From contig JAEXBK010000071.1 in assembly GCA_023394035.1 (NCBI GenBank), forward strand, positions 1 through 44,679: a stretch of 44,679 bases of DNA, in the 5' to 3' direction. The position numbers were made by a program, and so were the translations under genes. The DNA comes from Bacillota bacterium (lineage in GTDB: Bacteria; Bacillota; Clostridia; Peptostreptococcales; Anaerovoracaceae). Every line of letters begins with the position of its first letter. Position 1 is the stretch's first letter. The notes beneath the pieces were generated by a model, which worked only from the letters and a program-made list of their open reading frames with translations, did not search any database and had not been told where the DNA came from. This document shows positions 17,591-27,073 of the stretch, in pieces.

Positions 17591-18274
17591 TTATGTTTTT
17601 ATTAATCCACGGCTGACAAGACTCTCAAATCTGCCGTCACCTATTATTACATGGTCAATAACCTTTATTCCGAGCAGCCTGCTCGCATCACAAAGCCGAT
17701 TCGTCGTTTCTATGTCCTGACGGCTCGGTTCCGGGTCTCCGCTCGGATGATTATGAACAAGAATTACGGCCGCTGCGCTGTTTCTTACGGCTTTTGAAAA
17801 AACCTCTCGCGGATGCACCGGAGCTGCTGACAGGTCTCCGGTAGAAACATCGTCGATCTTTATTACATGACCCTTTGTATCTACAAGCACCGTCTTGAAA
17901 TGCTCTTTTTTCTCAAATCGCAAATCCTCCATAAAGAGTCCTGCGACATCGTCTGCACCTGATACGGTGCATGAATAATCGCGGCTTCCCTTTGATATGC
18001 GCTTTCCGATCTCCACGGCGGCTGCAATGCCGCACGCCTTTGTTCTTCCTATTCCGCTGACCGTCATAAGCTCTGACGGAGTAACGGAGGCAAGACCTGT
18101 AAGGTCATCACCGAACAGAGACAATATCTCGTATGAAAGCTCTATGGCAGACCTGCTCTGTGTACCCGAGCGTATTATAAGTGCCAAAAGCTCCGCGTTC
18201 GAAAGTGATCCGATTCCCGATGAAACAGCTCGCTCCACCGGTTTCTCGGAGTCCGGCAAAAGTTTGATTTTCAT
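17591..18274 (-). CDS. radC: RadC/UPF0758 JAB-domain protein
   Basis: LSNAELLA, HhH (GIGRTKA), HPREVF, HNHPSGDPEPS and DHVIIG. ATG 18274 follows GGAGGG. Confidence 0.93.
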   Translation of the reverse strand: MKIKLLPDSEKPVERAVSSGIGSLSNAELLALIIRSGTQSRSAIELSYEILSLFGDDLTGLASVTPSELMTVSGIGRTKACGIAAAVEIGKRISKGSRDYSCTVSGADDVAGLFMEDLRFEKKEHFKTVLVDTKGHVIKIDDVSTGDLSAAPVHPREVFSKAVRNSAAAVILVHNHPSGDPEPSRQDIETTNRLCDASRLLGIKVIDHVIIGDGRFESLVSRGLIKT

Positions 18275-18333
18275 TATCCCTCCTTGCCGGCAACCGTTAT
18301 TCATTTTGCTCAAAACAGATTAATATTATATCA

Positions 18334-19008
18334 TTATTTGCATCCATGCGCAACGCTCTCAACTAAGGTACTTATCTTTTTCACCACTTCATCTATTCCC
18401 AAAAACGTAGTATCTATTTCAAGTGCGTCATCTGCCTTCTTAAGAGGGTTGAGTGCCCTGTGCATATCATTGTAATCACGCTCGTTTATCTCTTTGAGGA
18501 TCGTGTCGTAGTCCGCCTGCTGCCCCTTTGATATAAGCTCCTTATACCTTCTTGTAGCGCGTTCCTCCGGCGTAGCCGTAACATAAAACTTAAATTCAGC
18601 ATCAGGCATTACATTTGTGCCTATGTCGCGACCGTCCATAACAAGGCTTTTGCATTTACCCATCTCTCGCTGCAGAGCTACAAGCTTTTCCCTTACAGGA
18701 AGGAGCTTTGATGAAGCAGACGCCATCATAGAAACCTCCTGAGTTCGTATAAGATCGCTTACATCCTCAGAATCAAGCAAAATTCTTCCTTCCGAAAAAT
18801 CTATCAAGGTCGAATCAAGCATAGCATTAAGCTCCGATGATTCTTCCGCTTTTATACCGTTTCTTATCATCTTCAGAGCCACAGCTCTGTACATCGCTCC
18901 CGTGTCAACATAATCTATTCCGAAGCGAGCGGCGACAGCCTTTGCCACCGTACTCTTGCCGGCACCGCCCGGGCCGTCTATGGCTATTCTTAAAAGATTG
19001 TTTTTCAT
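18334..19008 (-). CDS. cmk: Cytidylate kinase
   Basis: IAIDGPGGAGKST, DTGAMYR and MDGRDIGT. Confidence 0.96.
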   Translation of the reverse strand: MKNNLLRIAIDGPGGAGKSTVAKAVAARFGIDYVDTGAMYRAVALKMIRNGIKAEESSELNAMLDSTLIDFSEGRILLDSEDVSDLIRTQEVSMMASASSKLLPVREKLVALQREMGKCKSLVMDGRDIGTNVMPDAEFKFYVTATPEERATRRYKELISKGQQADYDTILKEINERDYNDMHRALNPLKKADDALEIDTTFLGIDEVVKKISTLVESVAHGCK

Positions 19009-19010
19009 TA

Positions 19011-19469
19011 TTACTCGCGCCCTCCCATCAGGCTTTCTATCTCTTTGATAAAGGTATTAACGTCTTTGAACTGTCTGTAAACCGAAGCAAATCGCACATA
19101 AGCCACTTCGTCAAGTGATTTGAGCTGATCCATTACAAGTTCCCCAATAAATGTGCTCTTGACCTCCTTTTCGAGCATGTTGCTCAAGCCGCGTTCAATA
19201 TCATTTACTACCTTCTCGATAGAGTCCATCGATACGGGTCTCTTCTCACATGCCTTTACTATTCCGTTAAGTATCTTATTTCTGTCAAAGGCTTCGCGAC
19301 TGCCGTCCTTTTTTATTACCATGATGATTGAGGCTTCGACCTTCTCGTATGTAGTAAATCGTTTGCCGCATTTCTCACATTCTCTACGTCTTCTTATTGC
19401 GTTCCCTTCGTCTATAGGGCGCGAATCCACTACCTTTGTGTCTTCGTTATCACAAAACGGGCATTTCAT
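19011..19469 (-). CDS. nrdR: Transcriptional repressor NrdR
   Basis: [24 protein letters not shown] cone and AYVRFASVY. Confidence 0.97.
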   Translation of the reverse strand: MKCPFCDNEDTKVVDSRPIDEGNAIRRRRECEKCGKRFTTYEKVEASIIMVIKKDGSREAFDRNKILNGIVKACEKRPVSMDSIEKVVNDIERGLSNMLEKEVKSTFIGELVMDQLKSLDEVAYVRFASVYRQFKDVNTFIKEIESLMGGRE

Positions 19470-19547
19470 TTTTGGCCTCCATTAAATTCCAATTCGATAT
19501 ATCTGTACTTATAATATTGTACACTATAACATGCGTAAATTCCATAC

Positions 19548-19573
19548 AAAAACCGCCGACATAGTATCGGCGG
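19548..19573 (-). terminator. Intrinsic terminator after the trigger-factor-like gene
   Basis: CCGCCGA/TCGGCGG stem followed by a U5 tract on the - strand. Confidence 0.65.
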
Positions 19574-19589
19574 AATCTTGCTTAAATCA

Positions 19590-20774
19590 TCAGCCCTGGC
19601 TGTTTTCCGAGCTTTCCTTATCTTGATTGGCAGCGTCCTCTGCGTTTCTTTTTTCTACGATTGATTTGTATTCATCCTTGCTGACTTCCTTGCCAAGATC
19701 TATAACTTTGTCAAGAAGTTTATCAAGAAGCATCGTATTTTTCCAGTTATTGCTTTCCGCAAATTTTTCTATCGACTGACCGAAAGCTTCTTCAAATGAT
19801 TTCTTTGTGTATCCGCTTCCATTTAGGATCTCTTCGAGTTCTTTGTTGTACTCGCTGTTTGATATCTTGATATTTTCGCTGCGGCAAAGTGAATACATTA
19901 CCATTTCGTTAAGAACGATATTCTTTGCATATGTCTCTTTTATTGTTTTGAAGCCCTCAAGATCGGATTTCATCGCCTGCTTGAGGAATTCTTCCCACTC
20001 GAGCCCGTATGATGCAGCCTGCTGCTTATACTGTTCTTCGAGTGTATCTGCCTTCTTGGCGGCCTCTGCCAGCTCCTTCTCCGGATATTCAATTGCTTCT
20101 GAATTCTTGAGAATGTATGACCAAAGCTCGTCCTTCATCATCTTGTCGATGTTGTCCTGCTTGCGTTTAAGAATTTCTTCCTTTACGAGAGCCTTATATT
20201 CTTCTACGGTCTTAAGGTCTGAATTGTCCTTTACAAATTCTTCGTCAAGCTCAGGTGTTGTCGTAACCTTCTTGGAGTTGATAGTAACCTCAAACACGCA
20301 GTCTTTACCTGCTAAATCCTGTGCATGATAATCATCAGGGAATTTAAGATTGAGAGTTACCTTCTCACCTACGTTCTTGCCTATCAGCCCTTCAACAAAA
20401 CCGTCGATCATGTTCGTCGTGCCGATTGTGATGTCGGACGATTCTGTTGTTCCGCCCTCAAAAGCAACGCCGTCGATCGTGCCTACATAGGCAACGTTTA
20501 TCGTATCTCCTGTCTCAACTACGCCTTCTTTGATGTTTTCTGTCTTGGAAGCGCGTTTTAGTCTTATGTCTATTTCGTTCTTGATATCCTCTTCCGTAAC
20601 CTCCGCCTCTTCTTTGTAGTAAGGAAGGTCTTTATATTCTCCGGTCTTTACATACTTGCTGAGATCATAGTCATATGCGGTAGCTTCTCTGCTGCCCAAG
20701 CTTATCCATGCAATAAATACAACTCCAGCGAGGATAATTGCTGCTATCAGTCCGACAAAAAGCTTTTTGTTCAT
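19590..20774 (-). CDS. Trigger-factor-like FKBP peptidyl-prolyl isomerase with an N-terminal membrane anchor
   Basis: FKBP domain (GDTINVAYVGTIDGVAFEGG, MIDGFVEGLIG, FPDDYHAQDLAGK) and TF C-terminal domain. The N-terminus is a basic-hydrophobic segment, and the GFRxGxxP ribosome-binding motif is absent. Confidence 0.85.
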   Translation of the reverse strand: MNKKLFVGLIAAIILAGVVFIAWISLGSREATAYDYDLSKYVKTGEYKDLPYYKEEAEVTEEDIKNEIDIRLKRASKTENIKEGVVETGDTINVAYVGTIDGVAFEGGTTESSDITIGTTNMIDGFVEGLIGKNVGEKVTLNLKFPDDYHAQDLAGKDCVFEVTINSKKVTTTPELDEEFVKDNSDLKTVEEYKALVKEEILKRKQDNIDKMMKDELWSYILKNSEAIEYPEKELAEAAKKADTLEEQYKQQAASYGLEWEEFLKQAMKSDLEGFKTIKETYAKNIVLNEMVMYSLCRSENIKISNSEYNKELEEILNGSGYTKKSFEEAFGQSIEKFAESNNWKNTMLLDKLLDKVIDLGKEVSKDEYKSIVEKRNAEDAANQDKESSENSQG

Positions 20775-20829
20775 TGTAAATTCCCCTTAAGTGCAAAAAA
20801 TATGTTGTGCCAATTGCAACAACGTCATC

Positions 20830-20858
20830 ATTCTATCACGCAAACTCTCGTTTTTCAA
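20830..20858 (-). promoter_or_regulatory. SigA-type promoter for the trigger-factor-like gene
   Basis: TTGAAA, 17-nt spacer, TAGAAT preceded by TGn (extended -10). Confidence 0.6.
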
Positions 20859-20908
20859 TTCTTAAAACGATAATTCACTCAAAATACACAAAATGTTCAG
20901 CTGTCATA

Positions 20909-21133
20909 TCATTCAGCCGAAGAAGGCTTGTCGGTGCACTTTTTTTCGTGCCCCATGCTCGTGCACATCGAAGCAAGCGCACAGCTCTTACAAGCCTCCT
21001 CACGTGCCTGATTTTCTTCTTCGCTTCTCGTCTGCGCATTCTTCTCCGCCATAATCGATGTAGCCATAATTATACCTGCAAGCACGAATGCAGCGATAAC
21101 AAAGTAAATAATGTGTGAAAAAAAGTATTCCAT
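20909..21133 (-). CDS. Small single-pass membrane protein with a Cys-rich C-terminus (hypothetical)
   Basis: 74 aa with an N-terminal TM helix and CxxC-x5-C-x8-C; starts 10 nt after the coaBC stop and fills an otherwise empty gap. Confidence 0.7.
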   Translation of the reverse strand: MEYFFSHIIYFVIAAFVLAGIIMATSIMAEKNAQTRSEEENQAREEACKSCALASMCTSMGHEKKCTDKPSSAE

Positions 21134-21143
21134 ATAAACCCTT

Positions 21144-22331
21144 TTACTTTCTTAATATCCTGTCAAAGATAGCTTTCGCAACCTTTGCTTTTGAGGAAAT
21201 TTCCATAGGCTCTATACCGTCCTTAGTTATAAAGGTAACTATATTGGTATCGGTGCCGAAGCCTGCGCCCTCCTGTTTAAGATTGTTGGCGACAATCATA
21301 TCGGCATTCTTTTTCGCGAGCTTTGCCTCAGAGTTTTCGATCATGTTCTGAGTTTCCATCGAAAATCCGCACAGGAACTGTCCCGCCTTCTTGTTTTCTC
21401 CGAGGTATTTAAGGATATCCTCAGTCCGTTTCATCTCGATGGAAAGCGAACCGTCGCTTTTCTTTATTTTTTCGTCTGAAACCGTAACCGGAGTATAGTC
21501 TGAAACCGCAGCAGCCTTTATTATTATATCCTGATCAGGTGCGAGCTTTGTGACGACATCAAACATTTCCTCCGCATCAAATACGTCTATGACCTTTACA
21601 AAATCAGGTACGGGCGCAATCGTGAACGCCTTTACAAGAGTTACATCCGCACCTCTCATTGCCGCCTCTTTAGCTACGGCAAAGCCCATCTTGCCTGTGC
21701 TCAAATTTGATATGAAGCGTACCGGGTCAAGTCTTTCTCTTGTAGCCCCTGAAGTTACGAGAACCTTCTTGCCTTTCATGTCTTTTTCTTTTCCGATTTC
21801 ATTTTCGATTACGGAAAACAAAAATTCAGGCTCAGGCATCTTACCCGCACCGGTATCTCCGCATGCAAGAAGCCCTTTGGCAGGATCGATCACCTTTACA
21901 CCGTACTGTCTCAGCTTATTTATATTTTCCTGTGTTACAGGATTTTCAAACATCGCCGTGTTCATTGCAGGCACTACGATTTTGAGGCATTTGGCCGCAA
22001 GAAATGTGGTCGTAAGCATGTCGTCCGCAATTCCGTTTGCAAGCTTTGCAATTACATTTGCCGTAGCCGGAGCCACCACAAATATATCCGCTTTCTTTGC
22101 AAGCTCAATATGCTCAACTTCGAATTTGAAGGCTCTGTCAAATGTGTCCGTATAGCATTTATTGCGTGTCAAAGTTTCAAATGTCATAGGCGCAATGAAC
22201 CTGCATGCGTTTTCCGTCATTATAACTTCCGTGTTTGCAGCCGTTTTTGACAGTGCGCTTGCAAGATACGCCATCTTATATGCAGCTATTCCTCCGCTTA
22301 TTCCAAGCAGTACAGTCTTATTCTCAAACAT
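21144..22331 (-). CDS. coaBC: Phosphopantothenoylcysteine decarboxylase/ligase CoaBC
   Basis: GGIAAYK, APATAN, PAMNTAM, LACGDTGAGK, DPVRFISNLSTGKMG and AAAVSDY. ATG at 22331. Confidence 0.95.
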   Translation of the reverse strand: MFENKTVLLGISGGIAAYKMAYLASALSKTAANTEVIMTENACRFIAPMTFETLTRNKCYTDTFDRAFKFEVEHIELAKKADIFVVAPATANVIAKLANGIADDMLTTTFLAAKCLKIVVPAMNTAMFENPVTQENINKLRQYGVKVIDPAKGLLACGDTGAGKMPEPEFLFSVIENEIGKEKDMKGKKVLVTSGATRERLDPVRFISNLSTGKMGFAVAKEAAMRGADVTLVKAFTIAPVPDFVKVIDVFDAEEMFDVVTKLAPDQDIIIKAAAVSDYTPVTVSDEKIKKSDGSLSIEMKRTEDILKYLGENKKAGQFLCGFSMETQNMIENSEAKLAKKNADMIVANNLKQEGAGFGTDTNIVTFITKDGIEPMEISSKAKVAKAIFDRILRK

Positions 22332-22364
22332 ATCGATTTCCCTTTCCCCATAAAAGGCGAATGT

Positions 22365-22394
22365 GAAAAATGACCCGGAAATGCTCCGGATCAT
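22365..22394 (-). terminator. Intrinsic terminator after rplT
   Basis: - strand ATGATCCGGA-GCATT-TCCGGGTCAT (one U-G pair) followed by a U tract. Confidence 0.75.
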
Positions 22395-22406
22395 CCTACA
22401 GTCTGA

Positions 22407-22766
22407 TTATTTGTTATATGCGTTTTTTGCTGTTTCGCAGAGCTTTGCAAAACCGGCAGCATCATAAATAGCCATCTCTGAAAGCATCTTTCTGTTGATA
22501 TCTATTCCGCTCTTCTTGAGTCCGTCCATAAGGCGGCTGTATGAAAGACCGTTTAATCTTGCTCCTGCATTGATTCTTGCAATCCAGAGCTGTCTGTACT
22601 GTCTCTTCTTGAGCTTTCTTCCGATATAAGCAGATCTGAGCGATCTCATAACTGCAGTATTTGCAACTCTGAAGGTCTTGCTCTTTGCTCCGTAGAAGCC
22701 CTTAGCCAGCTTCAGTATTTTTTTATGTCTCTTGTGTGCGTTTACACCTTTTTTTACTCTTGCCAT
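22407..22766 (-). CDS. rplT: 50S ribosomal protein L20
   Basis: [21 protein letters not shown] and INRKML. Confidence 0.98.
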   Translation of the reverse strand: MARVKKGVNAHKRHKKILKLAKGFYGAKSKTFRVANTAVMRSLRSAYIGRKLKKRQYRQLWIARINAGARLNGLSYSRLMDGLKKSGIDINRKMLSEMAIYDAAGFAKLCETAKNAYNK

Positions 22767-22788
22767 TTTCTTACCCTCCGTTTATTGA

Positions 22789-22986
22789 CTATTTGGCCAT
22801 TGACCTTAACATTCTCTTGACGTCTGCACTAGTAAGAACTGTGGCCTTACGAAGACCTCTTTTTCTCTTTGGTGCTTTGCTTGTAAGTTTATGGCTCTTA
22901 TAAGCTTTGTTTCTCTTGATTTTACCGCTTCCGGTGAGTTTCATCCTCTTGCATGCACCTCTATGTGACTTCATTTTGTTTGCCAT
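22789..22986 (-). CDS. rpmI: 50S ribosomal protein L35
   Basis: [23 protein letters not shown] 22986 follows AGGAGG; lies between infC and rplT. Confidence 0.95.
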   Translation of the reverse strand: MANKMKSHRGACKRMKLTGSGKIKRNKAYKSHKLTSKAPKRKRGLRKATVLTSADVKRMLRSMAK

Positions 22987-23064
22987 TTGCAATTTCCTCC
23001 TAATAAATTTGCACCGCAAAGATGCGGTTATTCTTCAGGTCTGTTTTCTGATGCTGATTTATTA

Positions 23065-23571
23065 TCAGTTTTTCGGAGCAAGGAACATTACCAGGCTCCT
23101 GCCTTCCATTACAGGATTCTTCTCTACACTTCCGACTTCCGCGCAGATCTCCGCAAACTTGTCCATGACTTCTCTTCCAAGCTGCTGATGTCCCATCTCA
23201 CGTCCGCGAAAACGAAGGCTTACCTTGACCTTATCACCGGCCTTAAGAAATTTGCTCGCGGTATTTGCCTTTACCTGGATATCATGTCCTTCGATAAAGG
23301 TACTGAGTCTTATTTCTTTGACTTCCATGGTCTTCTGTTTTTTCTTCGCTTCTTTCTCGCGCTTCTGAGCTTCATAGCGGAATTTTCCGTAGTCGAGTAT
23401 CTTGCATACCGGCGGGACAGCGTTAGGTGATATATTGACGAGATCAAGCTTACGCTCTTCAGCAAGCGCCAAAGCCTCTTCTCTGCTTATAACTCCAAGC
23501 ATTGTGCCGTCTTCGTCGATAACGCGAAGCTCTTTTTCACGAATTTCTTCGTTTATCTTGTTCTCTTTAAT
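23065..23571 (-). CDS. infC: Translation initiation factor IF-3 (ATT start codon)
   Basis: INEEIR, DLVNISP..PPVCKILDYGK and LRFRGRE. SD GGAGGT lies 6 nt before an ATT codon at 23571-23569. Confidence 0.95.
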   Translation of the reverse strand: MKENKINEEIREKELRVIDEDGTMLGVISREEALALAEERKLDLVNISPNAVPPVCKILDYGKFRYEAQKREKEAKKKQKTMEVKEIRLSTFIEGHDIQVKANTASKFLKAGDKVKVSLRFRGREMGHQQLGREVMDKFAEICAEVGSVEKNPVMEGRSLVMFLAPKN

Positions 23572-23597
23572 GGTAGCACCTCCGATAAAATGTGCAT

Positions 23598-23712
23598 AAA
23601 AAAACGGATACACCGAAGTATCCGCTAAAACACATAATGATCATGTGAACATGTCAGTATTGACCGGGCGAAACGAAATTCGACAGGTGAGAAGCGGATA
23701 ACTTCTACTTAA
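23598..23712 (-). ncRNA. L20 leader (autoregulatory attenuator of infC-rpmI-rplT)
   Basis: The - strand begins AAGTAGAAGTATCCGCTTCTCACCT, the characteristic 5' hairpin, and ends in terminator CGGATAC..GTATCCG plus U7; located directly upstream of infC. Confidence 0.88.
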
Positions 23713-23721
23713 TACCAAGGT

Positions 23722-23750
23722 ATAATATCATATCGGCACATCACTGTCAA
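23722..23750 (-). promoter_or_regulatory. SigA promoter of the infC operon
   Basis: TTGACA (23750-23745), 17-nt spacer, TATTAT (23727-23722) preceded by TGn. Confidence 0.8.
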
Positions 23751-23755
23751 GGGTT

Positions 23756-24697
23756 TTATCCGATTATCGCACCCGTCTCTATGTGAAAGTTTCTTGCTTC
23801 CACGCAGTCCTTGCGTACCTGCTCTATCAGGTCGTCGTAATCTGCAAACTTTTTTTCATCTCGCAGCTTTTTGAGGAATTCGACGGTAATATGCTTTCCG
23901 TAAAGTTCTTTGTCAAAATCGAATATGTGAGTTTCCACATTCTTCTTGTATGTGCCAATCGTAGGCTTAACTCCGACATTTGTAACACTCGGGTAGTGCT
24001 TGCCGTTATAATTGCAGGATGTTATATACACTCCGTTAGGCGGCGTCACCATCTCATCATCTATCAAAAGATTCGATGTCGGAAATCCGAATTTTCGTCC
24101 GAGCTTGTTTCCGACTACGACCTCACCGCCTATCGCATAGTTTCTGCCCATATAATACGAACATTTATCTACTTCACCGGCAGCGATCAGCTTTCTTATC
24201 AAAGAGGAGCTTACAACCTCGTCACCGAGCATAAACGGGCTTACGATCATAAGGTCGTATCCTCTTTCATTGCCGGCTCTCTTAAGCAGTTCAGTATTGC
24301 CTTCCGCCTTATATCCGAAATGATGATTAAATCCGCATATTACGATTTTTGCCTTAAGCGTCCCCGGCAGAAATTCAAAGGCATATTTTTCGGCAGGCAT
24401 ACGCATAATCTCTTCCGTAAAAGGCACATTGAAAAGATAATCCACACCGAGAGATTCTATTATCTCTTCCTTCTCTCTGCTGTAGAGTATGTTTTTTACC
24501 GGAGGCTTTCCCGGCAGAAGCTCACGCGGATGATTTGAAAATGTAAAAATCGCCGATTTCAGTCCTGAAGCCTTGGCATTCTGAACCGTCTGTCTTATGA
24601 GCTCCTGATGACCGTAATGTACCCCGTCAAAATTACCGAGTGCAACAGCCGTATGCCTTATATTTTTTATGTCATCTATCCTGTTAAAAATTCTCAT
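23756..24697 (-). CDS. ribF: Bifunctional riboflavin kinase / FAD synthetase
   Basis: ALGNFDGVHYGHQ, VSSSLIR, GRKFGFPTSN, NVGVKPT, ETHIFDF and LRDEKKF. Confidence 0.96.
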   Translation of the reverse strand: MRIFNRIDDIKNIRHTAVALGNFDGVHYGHQELIRQTVQNAKASGLKSAIFTFSNHPRELLPGKPPVKNILYSREKEEIIESLGVDYLFNVPFTEEIMRMPAEKYAFEFLPGTLKAKIVICGFNHHFGYKAEGNTELLKRAGNERGYDLMIVSPFMLGDEVVSSSLIRKLIAAGEVDKCSYYMGRNYAIGGEVVVGNKLGRKFGFPTSNLLIDDEMVTPPNGVYITSCNYNGKHYPSVTNVGVKPTIGTYKKNVETHIFDFDKELYGKHITVEFLKKLRDEKKFADYDDLIEQVRKDCVEARNFHIETGAIIG

Positions 24698-25629
24698 TTA
24701 CAAAATACCTTGTCCGCCTTAATGCTACCGTCGCCCACTTCAACGCCCACGCCCAAAAATCTTCCGTCGTCGGAATAAACACGGTACGACTTGTCGTACC
24801 CCTCTTTTAGCGTCACATGAAAGCTTTTTCCCATAAATTCAGGCTTTGAAACAGATTTCCATCTGCCTTTTTCGAGAGTCACGCCGTTAGAAAAGAGTCT
24901 CGCTTCAAACGGCTTCATCTCGGCTATCCCGAAATGAATCATTGCCTTGTCCGGAGATATTATAAATTCTTCAAGCTCCGCTTTCTCCATATCCACCAGA
25001 CGATCCGCAGGAAGCGATGCTTCAATATCAAAATATCCGCTCCTCGTTCTTACAAGACGGCTCATAGCAGCTCCCGTGCCGTACTTCGTTCCTATATCCG
25101 CACATATGGATCTGACATATGTGCCCTTTGTACATCTTACGGTAAATGAAAATTCATTCCCGTTTATACCGTCAAATCGTATGCTTTCTATATATATTTT
25201 TCTTTTTTTTACATCGCAGGTCTTGCCTTCTCTTGCGTATTCGTAAAGGCGTTTTCCGTTCACATGTATGGCAGAGTACATAGGCGGTGTCTGTTCGGAC
25301 TCTCCCTCAAATGCCTCCGTTATCTTTTTGAGGCGTTCTTCGTCTACATCAAAGTCTTTTCTCTCCGATAGCGTCTTTCCCCATATGTCAAGCGTATCGG
25401 TTTCAAGACCGAGAATCGCACTGCAGCTGTATTCCTTGATGTCGGCATCGAGATAATCCATAATTCTCGCCGCTGTTCCGAATGCCACAGGCAGCACACC
25501 CTCCGCCATCGGGTCAAGTGTTCCGAGATGACCTGTACGCTTTATACCTAAAATTCTTCTTATCTTGGCAACGACGTCAAACGAGGTCATGTCCTTGCCC
25601 TTATTTACACAAATTATGCCGCTTTCCAT
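24694..25629 (-). CDS. truB: tRNA pseudouridine(55) synthase TruB
   Basis: TSFDVV, GHLGTLDPMAEGVL, QTPPMYSA and KGTYVRS. Confidence 0.96.
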   Translation of the reverse strand: MESGIICVNKGKDMTSFDVVAKIRRILGIKRTGHLGTLDPMAEGVLPVAFGTAARIMDYLDADIKEYSCSAILGLETDTLDIWGKTLSERKDFDVDEERLKKITEAFEGESEQTPPMYSAIHVNGKRLYEYAREGKTCDVKKRKIYIESIRFDGINGNEFSFTVRCTKGTYVRSICADIGTKYGTGAAMSRLVRTRSGYFDIEASLPADRLVDMEKAELEEFIISPDKAMIHFGIAEMKPFEARLFSNGVTLEKGRWKSVSKPEFMGKSFHVTLKEGYDKSYRVYSDDGRFLGVGVEVGDGSIKADKVFCK

Positions 25630-26601
25630 CTATTTTTCCATATGTCCGATCATAATTTTTCTTACATGATCAAAGGCTTCGCCGATGCTCATATGAAGCG
25701 TTGCACCTGCTGCGCGTGCATGACCGCCGCCCCCAAGCTGCTTTGATATTTCGGAAACATCGAGCCAAAGCTTTGACCTTAAGCTGACCTTTACAGTCCT
25801 CTCGCCTTCTTCTTTTAGCAGAACGGATGCTTCCGCCCCTTTGATGCCGCGCATAATAGCAACGATCTGATCACTTTCATCCATATATGCACCGGTTTCT
25901 TTGAGCATTTCCGAAGTTACGCTCGTCATTACAAGCTGTCCGTCGAGATACGACTTCATATTTGCTATTGCCTCACTTTCCAGCTTAAGGCGTTCCAATC
26001 TGTTGCACTCATAAAGGCTTACGCTTACTGCCGCAGGTTCTATCCCAAGGTCGTACAGCTCCGAAACGATAAGGTGCGTTTCTTTGCTTGTGTTGGAATA
26101 TTTGAAGCTTCCCGTATCTGAAGATATAGCAGCAAAAATCGCATTCCCGATTTCCTTATTTTTCTTCGCTCCGAGAGCTTTTATTACTCTATAAACGAGT
26201 TCTCCTGTAGCTGCCGCATCAGGATCTATATGGTTCAGATCGCAGAACGGTATTGATGACACATGGTGGTCTATACAAACAGTCTTTGGAGCAGATGAAA
26301 ATGCCGCACCACGCGAACCGAGCCTTCCTATTTCTCCGCAGTCTATGCAAAGGGCAACATCGACATCCTTTATCTTTTCAAGATCACAGGTAACCATATC
26401 GCCGGCAAGGAAGAGCAGATTATCCGGAATCTTCTCATCATATACTATTACCGCCGTCTTTCCCATGCTTCTGAGCGCAAGACAAAGTGCTGCACAGGAG
26501 CCTAAAGCGTCTCCGTCCATGTTGACATGCGGAAAAAGTGCGGCTGATTTTGATGCTTTTAGAAGCTCTGCGATTTCAGCAAACGAAGAATTATTATTCA
26601 T
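25630..26601 (-). CDS. nrnA: DHH/DHHA1 oligoribonuclease / pAp phosphatase NrnA
   Basis: HVNMDGDALGS, IDHH, SDTGSF, SLRS and GGGGHARAAG. Start ATG 26601, with GTG 26610 as an alternative. Confidence 0.9.
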   Translation of the reverse strand: MNNNSSFAEIAELLKASKSAALFPHVNMDGDALGSCAALCLALRSMGKTAVIVYDEKIPDNLLFLAGDMVTCDLEKIKDVDVALCIDCGEIGRLGSRGAAFSSAPKTVCIDHHVSSIPFCDLNHIDPDAAATGELVYRVIKALGAKKNKEIGNAIFAAISSDTGSFKYSNTSKETHLIVSELYDLGIEPAAVSVSLYECNRLERLKLESEAIANMKSYLDGQLVMTSVTSEMLKETGAYMDESDQIVAIMRGIKGAEASVLLKEEGERTVKVSLRSKLWLDVSEISKQLGGGGHARAAGATLHMSIGEAFDHVRKIMIGHMEK

Positions 26602-26989
26602 CGCCTTCACCTTTCTCAGATTTGTTTATGTTTCTTATTATTTCGTCTATGTGACGGCCGTATTCCATGGAATCGTCAAATTTGAAGATAAGCTCAGGAG
26701 TATGTCTCACCTTCATCTGCCTTCCTATCTCATTTCTCATGAGCCCGGCTGCACTCTTAAGCCCGGCAATAACATCTGAGCGGATCTCTTCTTTTGACTT
26801 TTCTTCATTTGTCGTTTCGAGTACGGAAATGAAAAGCGTCGCATAGCTTCCGTCACTTGTGACTTCTACACCTGTAATACTTACCATTCGCTTTGTGAGT
26901 CTCGGATCCTTTATGCCGGAAATAAGCATTTCTCCGGCTATCTTCCTTATTTCCTCGGACATTCTTCCGATTCTGTATCCTTTACCCAT
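26594..26989 (-). CDS. rbfA: Ribosome-binding factor A
   Basis: IKDPRL, ITGVEVTSD and RHTPELIFKFDDS; follows infB. Confidence 0.95.
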   Translation of the reverse strand: MGKGYRIGRMSEEIRKIAGEMLISGIKDPRLTKRMVSITGVEVTSDGSYATLFISVLETTNEEKSKEEIRSDVIAGLKSAAGLMRNEIGRQMKVRHTPELIFKFDDSMEYGRHIDEIIRNINKSEKGEGDE

Positions 26990-27073
26990 AAGGTATACCT
27001 CTTTCCAAATCAGTTTTCTAATACCGAAATGCTGCTCACGAGCCTTGTCGCGGCAGCATTCCGTTTTATCTTT

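Noticed and set aside
17591..18274. radC as a mobile-element or anti-defence JAB gene
   Set aside because: It is the full-length chromosomal type in its usual position upstream of mreB.
20803..20821. TGTTG-N9-CAACA inverted repeat downstream of the trigger-factor-like promoter
   Set aside because: Arms are only 5 bp and it does not match CIRCE; likely chance.
27028..27060. Stem-loop between infB and rbfA (AATGCTGC..GCAGCATT)
   Set aside because: No U tract and no recognisable ncRNA family; at most an mRNA stability or processing element.
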